DNA of 64,000 nt from Candidatus Peribacteria bacterium (lineage in GTDB: Bacteria; Patescibacteriota; Gracilibacteria; Absconditabacterales; Absconditicoccaceae). Every line of letters begins with the position of its first letter. Within the stretch, counting starts at the first letter, position 1. The stretch is taken from contig CP060225.1 in assembly GCA_023898485.1 (NCBI GenBank), forward strand, positions 548,848 through 612,847, read 5' to 3'. Positions 33,745 through 44,772 of this stretch are shown one piece after another. A program made the position numbers and the translations under genes. The notes below the pieces were generated by a model, which worked only from the letters and a program-made list of their open reading frames with translations, was not told where the DNA came from and did no database searches.

Positions 33745-34005
33745 GTAGTGGATGGTGACGATCATCTCCTACTACAACGATTTCTGCACCGTTTTTGATT
33801 GAGCTGTATGACAGTCCAATATGACAAAAAACGGGCTATCACGTGATAGAGCGTGATTGCTGGTTTCTTCTCGTATTGTGCTGCAGGGTGTCGTATCATG
33901 GACATCAGTCTCCGAGCTACAGATTCCAGCAGGAGTGCTCACTACTTCTCTTTACAAAATATAAATTCATCAAAAAAGACACCCTCACCAAAGAGGGTGT
34001 TTTTC
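33745..34005 (+). ncRNA. Candidate small RNA (orphan promoter-to-terminator unit, family not recognised)
   Basis: About 250 nt between the promoter above and the hairpin gacaccctc/gagggtgt plus T-run. No credible ORF under either genetic code. It contains the perfect 14-bp palindrome CTATCACGTGATAG at 33836-33849. Confidence 0.3.
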
Positions 34006-34012
34006 TTTATTT
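33978..34012. terminator. Bidirectional rho-independent terminator (sbcC 3' end / candidate sRNA 3' end)
   Basis: Stem gacaccctc (33978-33986) / gagggtgt (33993-34000), with an A-run upstream and a T-run downstream. Confidence 0.65.
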
Positions 34013-36484
34013 CACTTCCACCACCTCTTCCCAGACGCTCATCTGTTGGATATGCGGACTGTGGGTGACGACATAGAGTGTCATATCTTGTTTGCGAATC
34101 ACGTCGTCGATCAGCTCCGCGACACGTCCGATGAGGTCTGCGTCTAAGTTATTGATCGTTTCGTCCAGAAGAAGGAGTGGCAGACGCATATACGACGCTA
34201 CGGCGAGAATTCGCGCGAGTTTGAGGATGACTTTTTGGCCACCGGACAATGAATTAATAGATCTACGACCTCTGCTATCCTCTACTTCGACTTCGAGCTC
34301 CAGACGGTCAGACGAGTTTTTGACGAGAGCAAAGTGTAGCTGATACTCGACCACCTGTGCAAGGAGTGCATTGATGATGGAGAAAAGTGATGGAAGCGCC
34401 GTCTCTAAGACAACGTACATGAGTTCCTTAGAAAGAATATGATGGAGATTTTTGAGTCTCTGGTCACGGATTTCGAGGTCTTTGCGCTGGAGGATCTGCT
34501 GATGGAGATCGGTGTGAAGCTCGGCCAGACGCTGCATGGACGTCTGGATTTGTTGTAATGAAGCAAGTTGTTTCTTGGTCGTCTCGAGAAGCTGCACATC
34601 AGGTTTGAATGTAAGTGATTGCTCGTGTTCAGTGATAGCTTTTTGGAGATCAACAACTTGTGTAGTAAGTCCATCTTTTTGTGTTTGTAGCTTCGTCAAT
34701 TCGATCTGTTTGGATTGGAGCTGATCGGCCTGCTGACGGAAAGATTCATATGTTTTGGTGGCTGCATCAATGAGCTTCTGCTGCTGTTGGAGCGTATCAA
34801 TCATTGACTGGAGTTCTTTTCGCTTGATGGTCTGCATGGTCTGAGCAAGTGCATCGATTTTTCTTTGCTCTTTGGAGATGTCTTTGGTTTGTTTGGGTAC
34901 CTTCTTCAGTTCTTGGAGTTGCTTCTCATAGTCAGCTAGTATGTCTGCTGTAGTTTTGATTTCAGTTGCAAGTGATTGCTTCTGTTTTTCAAGAGTAGTC
35001 ATCAATTCTTGCTGTGAGTCAGTATGGTTGCACACGGATGAGATATCCTCACCACAATGAGGACAAGATACCTTTTCTTTTTGCTCTGCTTCGGTTCTCA
35101 CCTTCTGTATCTGTGCTTCCATATCTTGGATCTGACGCTGTTTGACGTCTCTCTGCGCGATGGTCGTCTGGATCAGTTTTTCTGTTTGAGCGAGATCTTT
35201 CTGCCTCTGAGCTTCTGCTTGTTCAAAAAGTTTAGATTCGTTCTCTTGAGCAGTGCGAAGTTCACGTCCATACGTAATAAGTGTATCGATGATGCGCTGT
35301 AGTCCAGCTGGATCATGATCAGCCAGTGCATTGAGCGAGAATCATTCAATCTGCCCGACTCGTGGTGTGAGTGTATCGACAATGCCTGATCGATCGATAG
35401 TTTCAAGTGTTGTGTTATATGTGTTACTGGCATCGATTTTAGTCTGTTTCGCCTGTTGGAGTGTTTGCTGATCGACTGATTGCAGTGACTGCTGGAGTTG
35501 AGCTATTTGTCTATCTAGCGTCTGTGACTGCATTTGAAGTGAGGTGAGATTTTTTTGCGATTCGGCAAGTGTTTTGGAGTGCTGTTCTCGTTTGGCTTGT
35601 TGTACTTGGAGTGATTCAAGCGTAGAGTTCGTGATCTCAATATCTGACTGGATAGCGGCTTCTCGTCCCTGTGGAAGTATGGTCTGCTCTATAGCGAGGT
35701 CATCAAGTGAATCAAGAGGCTCTAGCCATGTAGCAAATAATATAGCGAACTGCTGCGCTTCCTGATACTTGTTACCTGCTACTTGTTGCTCTATAGTAGT
35801 AATAAGTTCTCTATATTTGGTCTGCTGACGTGAGGTGTCGGACAGGACGCGGATACGGGTCTGAGTGTCTCTTTTGGCTTCAGCGATAAGGTCTTTGGCT
35901 GCGTCGATATCGAGCAGATTGAACAGATGTTGAAACACGGTGATCCTATCCGCGGGCGACATGGTGAAGAGATTGTCACTATCCTGGAGCAGAAGCTGAG
36001 TGTTGGTCAGGACGGAGCGAGGTGGGAGCATATCATCCAGGATAGCTTGAAGTTCGGTGTCCGTTTTGGTCGGGATCTCTTCGAGGATAATGGAAGATTG
36101 TTGCAGTGCATCTCGCAATGAGTGATCAGTGTGCAAGATCATGTCGCCATACTCAGCAGATAACCATGTGCGAACACCATCTCCGACACGATAGAGTGTA
36201 CTCTGAGCACGATCTCTCGTATTGCCATGGGTAAGTGTACGGCGGACGAGATAGGTCCCATCGCGCTGCTCTCGCAAGATGGACACTGCACCTGACTCGG
36301 CTTGATGACGTAGGAGGGGTCTGCTCGAATATTTGTAGAGCCCATAGACGATACCATCGAAAAAGAGAAACGATTTGCCCGACCCCACCGGCGCCTGGAT
36401 GAGCGTCGCGTGCGACTGAAAAATCACGGTCCTCTCCCCGTCAAATGGTCATATATTGCTGTAGTCTGCGGCGAGAAGGTGCAT
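34007..36484 (-). CDS. sbcC: SbcC/Rad50-family DNA repair ATPase (825 aa)
   Basis: MHLLAADYSNI(G)PFDGERTVIFQSHATLIQAPVGSGKSFLFFDGI (Walker A), a long coiled coil with CPHCGE zinc hook, and C-terminal LSGGQKVILKLARILA...LLLLDE. Track ORFs 35342-36427 and 34007-35122 are joined in frame. Confidence 0.8.
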
Positions 36485-36534
36485 GGAATAAAGCAAAAAG
36501 CTAAAAGCTGTAAGCGATAGATAGTGTATATTGA

Positions 36535-37368
36535 TTATGATAGTAGTCTATCAAGAGGAGAAATGATCTTGTCTAGTGCGGGCTGCATGACGTGCGTATA
36601 GATCTGTGTCGTACGGATATTGGCATGACCCAGCAGTGTCTGCACATAGCGGATATCAGTCCCTTGTTCTAGAAGATGGGTAGCGAAACTGTGGCGTAGT
36701 GAGTGAAAGGAAACCTTTTTTGTGATTCACGCTTTTTTGCACGCTTTAGAAAAAATCGCCTGTGCTGTTCTAGTTGTGATTTTCCCTCATTGATCATTAT
36801 AAAAAACATACGGAGATGATGGTGATGATTTTCTATGACGTGCTAATTGTTCTTCGGTTGACTGAGGTAATATTACCACTCTATCTTTGGCTCCCTTACC
36901 GTGTTTGATATGAATAGTGTAGCGATCACCATCTATATCATTCCATCTGAGATTCACTATCTCAGAAATACGCAATCCACATCCATATGCCAACGATAAC
37001 AGCAGTGCGTGCTTTGGATTGGTGGTCACTTCTATGAGCTTACTTACCTCTTGCGTAGACAATACCACAGGCAAACTACGTGGCTCACGGGATAGTTTCA
37101 ATGCAATATCAAAAGTACGATTATACAGGAGAAGAAAATATTTTTTCAATGCTTCTTTGTATACATTGATCGTCTTAGATGCCTTGTCTGATGCAACCAA
37201 TGTCATCAAATAGTTGGTAAGTGTCATATCATCAACATATTCTCCCTCCTGCTTATACCAGAGGAAGAATGATTTTACAGACTGTGTGTAGGATTTCACT
37301 GTCTTGGGACTAAAATGTTGATTGATAAGTAGCTTTCTAAAATAGTGTAATTTTTCGTTTTCTGTCAT
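36535..37368 (-). CDS. Tyrosine recombinase/integrase (XerC/XerD-IntI-like), intact
   Basis: Track ORF 36787-37368 continues through 2 TGA codons into ...(G)[46 protein letters not shown].... The R..HxxR..Y catalytic set is recognisable. TAA at 36535-36537. 277 aa. Confidence 0.8.
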
Positions 37369-37571
37369 TTTTCTATATCTTATACGAAGTAATTATTCGC
37401 TTTGTATACATATATGGAACAAAATCAACACAATCACGTTTTTTACTTGTATTGCACTACGATTTCTCTACTCTATTTCGTATAAAGTTTAGTTATACGC
37501 ATTCAAAAAAGACTTTTAACAAATTGAAAAAACCTTTCTTACAAATATTTAAATATCTAAAAGAACTTATC

Positions 37572-38492
37572 ATGATTATGATTCCAAAAAAATTACAAAA
37601 AAGCGACACAATCGGAATTGTTTCTCCATCTGGTGGAGTATCAAAAGAATTGGAAAATCAGTTTAATAAAGGACTTGATTTTCTCAAAAATCTTGGATTC
37701 AAAATTAAAATTGGAAAAAATGCTTTAAGTACAACATTAAAATATTCTGCAACCCCGCAAGAAAAAGCAGAAGATATAAACTCAATGTTTGCTGATAATG
37801 AGGTTAAAGCAATTATTTGTAGTCAAGGAGGAGCCAATTCAAATTCAATTTTGCCTTTACTGAATTTCAACATCATCAAAGACAACCCCAAAATATTTCT
37901 TGGTATTAGTGATATTACTGTATTACTAAACTCAATCTATCAAAAAACTGGATTGATTACTTTTCACGGTAATGATGTTATGTGGGGACTTGGAAATGAA
38001 CTTGCAAAATACGATGAAGAAGAATTTATTGATAGGTTGGTTAAAGGCAAAATTGGAGAGGTAAAACATAACTCTGAATGGAAATGTATTAGGGAAGGTG
38101 TTGCAGAAGGTGTTTTAATTGGAGGGAATTTGAATTGTCTCAATAAACTTGCGGGAACAGAATATCAGCCAGATTTTGAATCCAAGATTTTATTGCTTGA
38201 AACCTTTGATGAGTCTAATGCACCTGATGATGTTGAATGTGAGTTATCTCGTCTAAAGCAAATGGGGGTTTTTGAGAAAATCAAAGGATTGTGGATTGGA
38301 TATTACAACCACAAAAGTAAAATTCCATATGAAGAAATAGTTATGAATGTGGTCAAAGATTATGATTTTCCAATTCTAAAATGTGATGATTTTGGACATA
38401 ATACACCAAATACAACAATTCCGATTGGAACAAAAATTAAACTTGATGCTACAAATAAGCAAGTCGTTCTTTTAGATAAATGTGTGGAGTAA
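37572..38492 (+). CDS. S66 family LD-carboxypeptidase / MccF-like serine peptidase
   Basis: MIMIPKKLQKSDTIGIVSPSGG...AIICSQGGANSN...GISDITVLLNSIY...TFHGN...GGNLN...FGHNTPNTTIPIG. AT-rich. 306 codons with no TGA. Confidence 0.75.
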   Translation: MIMIPKKLQKSDTIGIVSPSGGVSKELENQFNKGLDFLKNLGFKIKIGKNALSTTLKYSATPQEKAEDINSMFADNEVKAIICSQGGANSNSILPLLNFNIIKDNPKIFLGISDITVLLNSIYQKTGLITFHGNDVMWGLGNELAKYDEEEFIDRLVKGKIGEVKHNSEWKCIREGVAEGVLIGGNLNCLNKLAGTEYQPDFESKILLLETFDESNAPDDVECELSRLKQMGVFEKIKGLWIGYYNHKSKIPYEEIVMNVVKDYDFPILKCDDFGHNTPNTTIPIGTKIKLDATNKQVVLLDKCVE

Positions 38493-38837
38493 GAAAGGGG
38501 CTTAATAAGGAATAAAAGTCTTTTTTGAACTTCTCGCTATCGCTCGACCACGTTGCACTCTCGCTCCGTAAACTCCGCTCGGGGCGTATAACACAGTATA
38601 TCTGGCTCACTCGTGCCCTCGCTCGACCCATATTTGCCAAAAACTAATTGATTTTTAAAGGAAATTTGGCAAACATCAGATATACTGAAACGTTGATCAA
38701 AATCGCCACTCTACAAAAAACCCCTCCCATCATCAGACAGAGGAGGTTTTTTTCTTTCATATAACAAAACAAATCCTTGAGCTACAAATGAAGAGAAAAT
38801 GAGCCGAAAACATCAGATAGCAAGTAAATATCCCACT

Positions 38838-38970
38838 CAGCTAAAGCTGGGGGCTTTTGGTCGCTTTGCGACCTACCTATCGGGTCTTTCAGCTATGAAA
38901 CTGGATCTATAGGGACTTCGTCCCTACGTGTCCAGCTAAAGCTGGGGTTTTCACCCATCCCACGACGTGG
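38838..38970. other. Cluster of short perfect hairpins in the rnc-distal intergenic region
   Basis: cagc-taaa-gctg appears twice (38838-38850 and 38932-38946). ggtcgc-ttt-gcgacc at 38859-38873. agggac-ttc-gtccct at 38911-38925. ccacg-a-cgtgg at 38960-38970. Confidence 0.5.
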
Positions 38971-38982
38971 AAATAAAACAAT

Positions 38983-39687
38983 CTATGTCCTCTGTAGAAA
39001 GGTCTCCGCTGCTACCTCTTGTGCCTTTTTCTTGCTTGCGCCAGTGCCCGTAGCTACTTCCTTGCCATCGACGATGAGTACTGATTGGAAAAGCACAGGA
39101 TTGTCGTGATCATCCGTCTGAGCGATCGATTCTTCATACACAGGGAGTTGCTTATGAAGTCACTGGACGTATTCTTGGACGCGAGATTTGGCACTTTTGA
39201 TCGGGAGAAACTGGTCGATTTGATCCACAAGGACGAAAATATTATTCTCTACGAAATCATATGCAGCATCATATCATGAGTAGATAGCAATCATGCCAAT
39301 CAGTGCCTCTAGACAGTCAGAGATGATAGCAGCTTTTTCTCTTCCGCCAGATCATTCTTCGCCTTTGGAGATGAGGATTTGTTGATCGAGACCGATTCAT
39401 TTACCCACACGAGCGAGGGTTTCTTCTCTGACGAGCGCGATCTTGTAGAGCGAAAGTATCGCCTCCGTCTCATCAGGAAAATGGTCGTAGAGCATCGTTG
39501 CAATACATGAGCCCAATACTGCATCTCCGAGAAATTCTAACCTCTCATGATGAGACATCTCTTCGACATAGTCCATAGCATAACTTTTGTGTGTCAGGGC
39601 GGTCATGAGAAGCTCGCCATCCACCGTAGGATCGACACCGATGGTGGTCAGATACTGTCTTCGCTGATCGAGGTACTGCGCACGCAT
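38983..39687 (-). CDS. rnc: Ribonuclease III
   Basis: ...THKSYAMDY...HHERLEFLGDAVLG..., then through 4 TGA codons: K(G)EE(G)SGGREKAAIISDCLEALIGMIAIYS(G)YD..., plus a C-terminal dsRBD (GKEVATGTGASKKKAQEVAA). TAG at 38983-38985. Confidence 0.9.
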
Positions 39688-39713
39688 AGAGAGTATGATA
39701 CAAAAACTAAATA

Positions 39714-41222
39714 TTAGTCATAACTATTCCAAAAACGATTCGTCAGACTTTCTTGACTATCCAAAAAGTTATCGCCAAGATAGAGTTCGATAGCGCTTTG
39801 ATAGGTGTGTCATGTGAGGAGTTCTCCTGTGTAGAGATCCACATCCATGAAGAGCTGAAGTGCATCGAGCGTATCGGTGTAGTCTCCTGTTCCATAGATA
39901 TACGCCATCGTACGAGGACGAGATTCATCTGCATTGAAAATATCACTCACCGAAAATCCATACTGTACGAGCTTGCTAGCTACATCGTTTGCTTTGCCAC
40001 TGACGACAGTATTATGTAGTGCTGCAGCTTCTTTACTAATGGCATTGTGGATAGTGAGATCACCTCCATCGGTAGCTATTTGTGGATAATTGATCATAAG
40101 GTAGACGAAGTCACGAATCTCATCATAATTACTCAGGTTATTGGCAGTTGCAGCGACAGGAGCGAGCACAGATGCCCCACCAAATCGATCTCTCGGCGGA
40201 GTCGTGAGGAAACATCATGGCGTCATCTGTGTGAAGTAGAGTCCGCACTCATAACTCAATACATACGAAGAGAAACCATCAATATCATCTTTGTATTGTG
40301 CGAGGTAGAGCATATTTTTGAGCGTAAGGTTGGTCTGGATCATCTCTTCATAACGATCATAGAGTGTCTCTATCCCACCCAAATTAGTCAGACTGATGGA
40401 TCATTTGACCTGTGCAATGATGGCCTCGATGATCTGCTGTTGTCTATACGATCTCGAAAAGTCTGAGGTACTTTTTCTACTTCTGGCGTATTTGAGCGCA
40501 AGCGATCCATCCATGAGTTGGAGTCCTGGTTCGACGGTGAGCGGGTCATATCATTTCATATTCACGTCAGGAAATTCATAATCTACAAGTCTTTCTGGTA
40601 CATCGACAGTCACGCCACCGAGTTCGTCCACGAAGTTTTGGAAACCTGCGAAGCTGACGAGCGCATAGTATGGTATCTCGAGTCATGTGATGTCTTCGAT
40701 CTCTTGTATGGTATAGTGTGCAGATCGATCGAGTGTTTGGGTGAGATTGGTATCAGTTGCACCTGTCTCGAGCATCGCATGAGGGAAAAGACTATTGATC
40801 CTTCCTTGGTATCCTGTCGTCACGACCCAGAGATCTCTAGGGATAGAGAGGAGTGTCACTGCGCCATTATCCGGATGAAAACTCGCTACCATGATAGAAT
40901 CAGTGAGAAATCCACCTTGGTGGTCTGCTCATCCATATCCCATAAGGAGCACATTGAGCGAACCATATTCGTCGAGCTGTGGCTTGGTTCCAATCTGCTG
41001 ACTGACGACCTGTGTAGTCTTATCTGCGATAAAATTAAAAGCTGGTAGAAGAGCTTGTGCTACCCATTTTCCCGCCCACAGTACAGCGCCAATACAGATC
41101 AGCACAAAAACAACCCTCGTAAGTTTTCACCACGAAAATCCTCCTGAGCGAACGACGTCTCCGTAGGTAGTATAGTTGGTAGTGTCGGTAAGTTTTTTGT
41201 TTCCATAGCTCTTTTTCGCCAT
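39714..41222 (-). CDS. LytR-CpsA-Psr (LCP) family cell-envelope transferase
   Basis: TM anchor (VVFVLICIGAVLWAG), then ...LLMGY(G)(G)ADHQGGFLTDSIMVASFHPDNGAVTLLSIPRDLWV...INSLF.... Three track ORFs share one frame. The start at ATG 41220-41222 was chosen to avoid overlap with the upstream gene. Confidence 0.75.
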
Positions 41223-41247
41223 CACACGATGTACCAGATGAGGTAAA

Positions 41248-42108
41248 TTATTGCTGTCCATATATACTATTTGTGGCGACACTTGCAAGATGAGTCTCTC
41301 GCGTGAGTGTGAGTGGCGCTTGACTTGTGAAAGCATCTCCAGCTGGTGGAGCGATCGTACATGTTCCAAAACTCATATCAGACGACATGTCGCAGTCTCG
41401 ACTAGGGATAGTCTCTCGCTCAGGGAAATAACGTATGGCGATGGTGTCTGGGTGTTGTTTTCACTCTATTTTCTGTTGGTTGTGTGTGACTGTCCACTGA
41501 TGGTCGATGAGCGTGCCTGTCCAGATATTATCATCATAGACTCATGTGAGTGTGAATTGTGTATTGTTTCCTCGTCCAGTGATATTATCGACAGCGAGGA
41601 CATAGCCAGTTGCTGTTGCTTGGATGAGCGTCATATCTGTTAGTGGTGGTATTTCCTGTATAAGTCCAAGCATATATTGGAATGATAGCTGCAGTGGTAT
41701 CTCATGATTGCTGCCAGTGAAGGTTATATTATTTGTATTTCTCGGACCAAACATAAGATGCCCACTCACATTATTGATTGCCAGTGTTGAACCACTCAGT
41801 TGTCGATTTCATTGAAGTGCACCATCACATGATTCATCTACCAGACCAAAATATCCTGAGAGGAGCAGGATGCCTGTTCATTGTAATGTATCGACATGAG
41901 AGAGACTGCCACTATATGATCAGTGCATATCGAGTGTATCATTGCTGAGTGATCGAGCAAGTACTCCTTCTGTAGATGAAGGAAGTGAAGGGAGTGCGAT
42001 TTCATCCTGTATTCGCTCTGTTTGCAGTTCCTCTCGTGGATGGAGTCATGGAGTACCACAGCCAGCTAGGATTAACGTAACAAGTAGTAGAGTATATCGG
42101 TATCTCAT
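41248..42108 (-). CDS. Hypothetical lipoprotein (286 aa)
   Basis: MRYRYTLLLVTLILAGC carries a lipobox. The frame is linked to track ORF 41542-41769 through several TGA codons. TAA at 41248-41250. Confidence 0.55.
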
Positions 42109-42175
42109 CATCTGTCACAGAGGAGATAAAGAGCTATCCTCTTTGTATGGGAGTGTGAGGGTGATGCAAATGATT

Positions 42176-43054
42176 TTACAATAAATTATGCACACTCTGC
42201 AGGTGCTGATCATCGACATGGGTGTAGATCTGTGTCGTGGTGATGGATGAGTGTCCGAGGAGTGTCTGGACAGCTCTAATATCTGCACCCTGCTTGATCA
42301 GTCTTGTAGCGAAGCTATGTCTGAGGACGTGTGGTGTGACTTTGGTGGTGATTCATACAAATGATGCATACTGTCTCACAAGACGCTCGACGCTGTTGCG
42401 GGTCAGGCCGCGCTTTCCCTCGCCACGATTGCTATGACTGATGAAAACGTAAGGATTCGCATCGTGTCTGAGATCGAGATAGGTCGTGATGGCTAGCTGC
42501 GCTTCCTGAGTCAGGAAGACTGACCTCATCTTGCTTCATTTTCCAATAAGTGAGAGTTGCTGACCCCCGTCACGTGGGAGCTGGTCGATACGAAGTCCGG
42601 TAAGCTCCGACACGCGGAGTCCGCTACCATAAAGTGTCCGGAGGATGGCTCTATCTCTGGCTTGTGTTGGTAAGTCTTCCGTGAACTCAAGCGGTGCGTC
42701 TAGGAGACGCATGACTTCCTCGTGGGTCAGGTGATCGATTTCCCTAGGCGGGACTTTGGCGAGTTCGAGTTTTTCGGGAACGAGACAGTCGATATCCATT
42801 TTGTGACATCGCTTCAAGAAAGCTCTGACCGCTGTGATATGATAGTTGATAGTTTTCGTACTCAGATCACGCTGTTTGAGTGACATACGCCAGTCGAGGA
42901 GCTCCATCTGATTGATGCTGGCGATATCCTTATCTCCTGTGTGTTCGATGAGTCTACCCAGCCAGAGCGAGTAGTTCTCAATAGTGTTGGGACTGGCGTT
43001 TTTTTCATACTCGAGGTAGAGGATGTATTTTTCTATCAGATCAGAGAGGAGCAT
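42176..43054 (-). CDS. Tyrosine recombinase XerC/XerD-like
   Basis: [28 protein letters not shown]...[19 protein letters not shown]...(G)SKMRSVFL...[42 protein letters not shown] at 42176-42178. An upstream alternative start exists at 43093. Confidence 0.8.
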
Positions 43055-43167
43055 AATACATGATTCTATGATAAAACAACATAGATTGTGCAACTATGAT
43101 AGGGAATATGTGTATTTTTTCAAGCCACTTTTATTACTTCGATAGATGTATCTTTTCTTGGTGTAGA

Positions 43168-43305
43168 CGCTTCGCTATGACTTACTTTTGACATGACCCA
43201 AAAGTAAGCAAAAACTCTAGTCTCGGCAGTCCGATAGGCTTTCCATATCTCTGTCCTGCTTTCCATGTGCTTGGTGCCTCGACATGTCTGTCGTCGCGTT
43301 TGTGA
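43168..43305 (-). repeat. Dispersed intergenic repeat, long copy (inverted relative to 2760-2897)
   Basis: See 2760-2897. Hairpin cttactttt/aaaagtaag at 43182-43209. It lies directly 3' of the minus-strand pyrophosphatase gene, the same relative position as the other copies. Confidence 0.6.
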
Positions 43306-43407
43306 TATTTTCCATAAGTGTAAGAATATTTTATTACATCGTGTACGTGAAGTGATTTAGTTTTTGTATGGAGTGTCAGCGTGTGCAGAGATATACTGTT
43401 CCGCTGT

Positions 43408-43833
43408 TCATTGGTCGAGGAATCTTCCTACCTTTACTTTATTGATCCTGATATGATCGAAAGCATGTAATACAAATTCGGATAATGTGTTTTGTATTTC
43501 GGGAGTGATGGTAACTATTGGATCATCATCTAGTGTGGCTAATATATTATGGTCCATCTCATCTTTTTCGAGAGATCTATCGTCTCGAGATTTTTCTATC
43601 TGCTCCATTATACCCACTATATTACATTCAACTATTTGTCCAGAGTGTAGATGATTCTCAGTTATTACAAAACAATCTATATTATCTCCGTCCTCCCCTG
43701 TGGTTCCTATTATGAATCCATAAGGGTATGGATACTCTCTTGATATAGTGACTGTTTTACGTTTTTTTAAGGTTTTTTCATTGTAGATATTTTTTTGATT
43801 AGAATGTGCTTCATTTTCGATAAATACTTTCAT
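43408..43833 (-). CDS. ppa: Inorganic pyrophosphatase (family I, short form)
   Basis: REYPYPYGFIIGTTGEDGDNIDCFVIT matches the YP.nYGfiP.T...DGDplD motif. 141 aa, AT-rich, no TGA. Confidence 0.65.
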   Translation of the reverse strand: MKVFIENEAHSNQKNIYNEKTLKKRKTVTISREYPYPYGFIIGTTGEDGDNIDCFVITENHLHSGQIVECNIVGIMEQIEKSRDDRSLEKDEMDHNILATLDDDPIVTITPEIQNTLSEFVLHAFDHIRINKVKVGRFLDQ

Positions 43834-43861
43834 TGTGATTTAGGTGTGGATAAAGGTTATT

Positions 43862-44548
43862 TTACTTCCCCTGTCTCGCAATCACGAGTCATCGTACTCT
43901 TTTGTCAGGATATTGTGATTTGATACTGCGACAAACGTGATGGAGGGTGCTGCCCGTTGTCGTGACATCATCGACGATCACGATGGTCTGATAATTTTTG
44001 ATATCATGGGTTTTCGATGAGAAAGCATTGGTAAGATTTTCCCACCTTTTCCCTCTTGAGAGCATGGTTTGCTGTTTGGTATTTTTGACTCTGCGAGCGA
44101 GCGACTGAAAAGGGAGTCAGTATTCCTTACTCAATGCTTGTGCAAGCAGCGTAGACTGATTATAACCTTTTATCATTCGCCTTCTCCGTCGGTGATTGGG
44201 GACATCGGTGAGCAGGATCGGTCCCATGCGACTATATCAGGGATGACTGATGAGATGAAGTCCTAGCTGATGAGCAAGTGTGGGGGCAAGTGAAGAAATA
44301 TGGCCGTATTTGAGTTTGAGAATAGCTTTTTTGATACTTTCATGATATCTGAAACCGATGATCAGACCATCTAGTCCATCAGGATGTGATTGACGACAGT
44401 CTCGACAGGTCACACCTTGTTGCGAGAAACAATGGCAATAAGGACAGATTTCGGAGTGAGTATCCAGCTCTCTCAGACATGCATCACACAGATACTGACC
44501 AAGAGATCAGCAGCCTATACAGTAGGTCGGGAAGAGGAAGGAGAGCAT
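43862..44548 (-). CDS. comF: ComF family phosphoribosyltransferase-like protein
   Basis: MLSFLFPTYCIGC(G)SLGQYLCDACLREL...CPYCH (zinc finger) ...TIVIVDDVTTTGSTL (PRT motif). 228 aa with 4 in-frame TGA. Confidence 0.75.
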
Positions 44549-44772
44549 GAGTATACAATGGGACTAACTACCTCGTTATAGTACAAACTCTTACCATAAT
44601 ATGCAAGGGCTTCGTAATGATGTAAGCAGACCATAACCCATAGTCTCTCCATACTCATTCATAACCGCTTGCTTGAAGCGATTCTATCATTTTCCATTTA
44701 GTTCTCTAAGTCCGCAATAGAAAATTTAACTTGTGGTAAAAAAGTACACTGAAAGAATCAGTACAATAACTA

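Larger units (their letters stand above)
36490..38980. mobile_element. Putative integrase-associated islet (tyrosine recombinase plus AT-rich S66 peptidase plus hairpin cluster)
   Basis: There is a visible drop in GC across 37400-38500. The cargo gene has no UGA. AGCTAAA(A)GCTG motifs lie at 36499-36510, 38839-38850 and 38934-38945, near both ends. The boundaries are tentative. Confidence 0.3.

Noticed and set aside
33745-34005. Assigning the candidate sRNA to SRP RNA, tmRNA, RNase P RNA or 6S RNA.
   Set aside because: I could not find the conserved cores by eye (GGAA-capped helix 8 with AGCA, a tRNA-like acceptor/T-arm ending in CCA, GAGGAAAGTCC). It is left as an unknown family.
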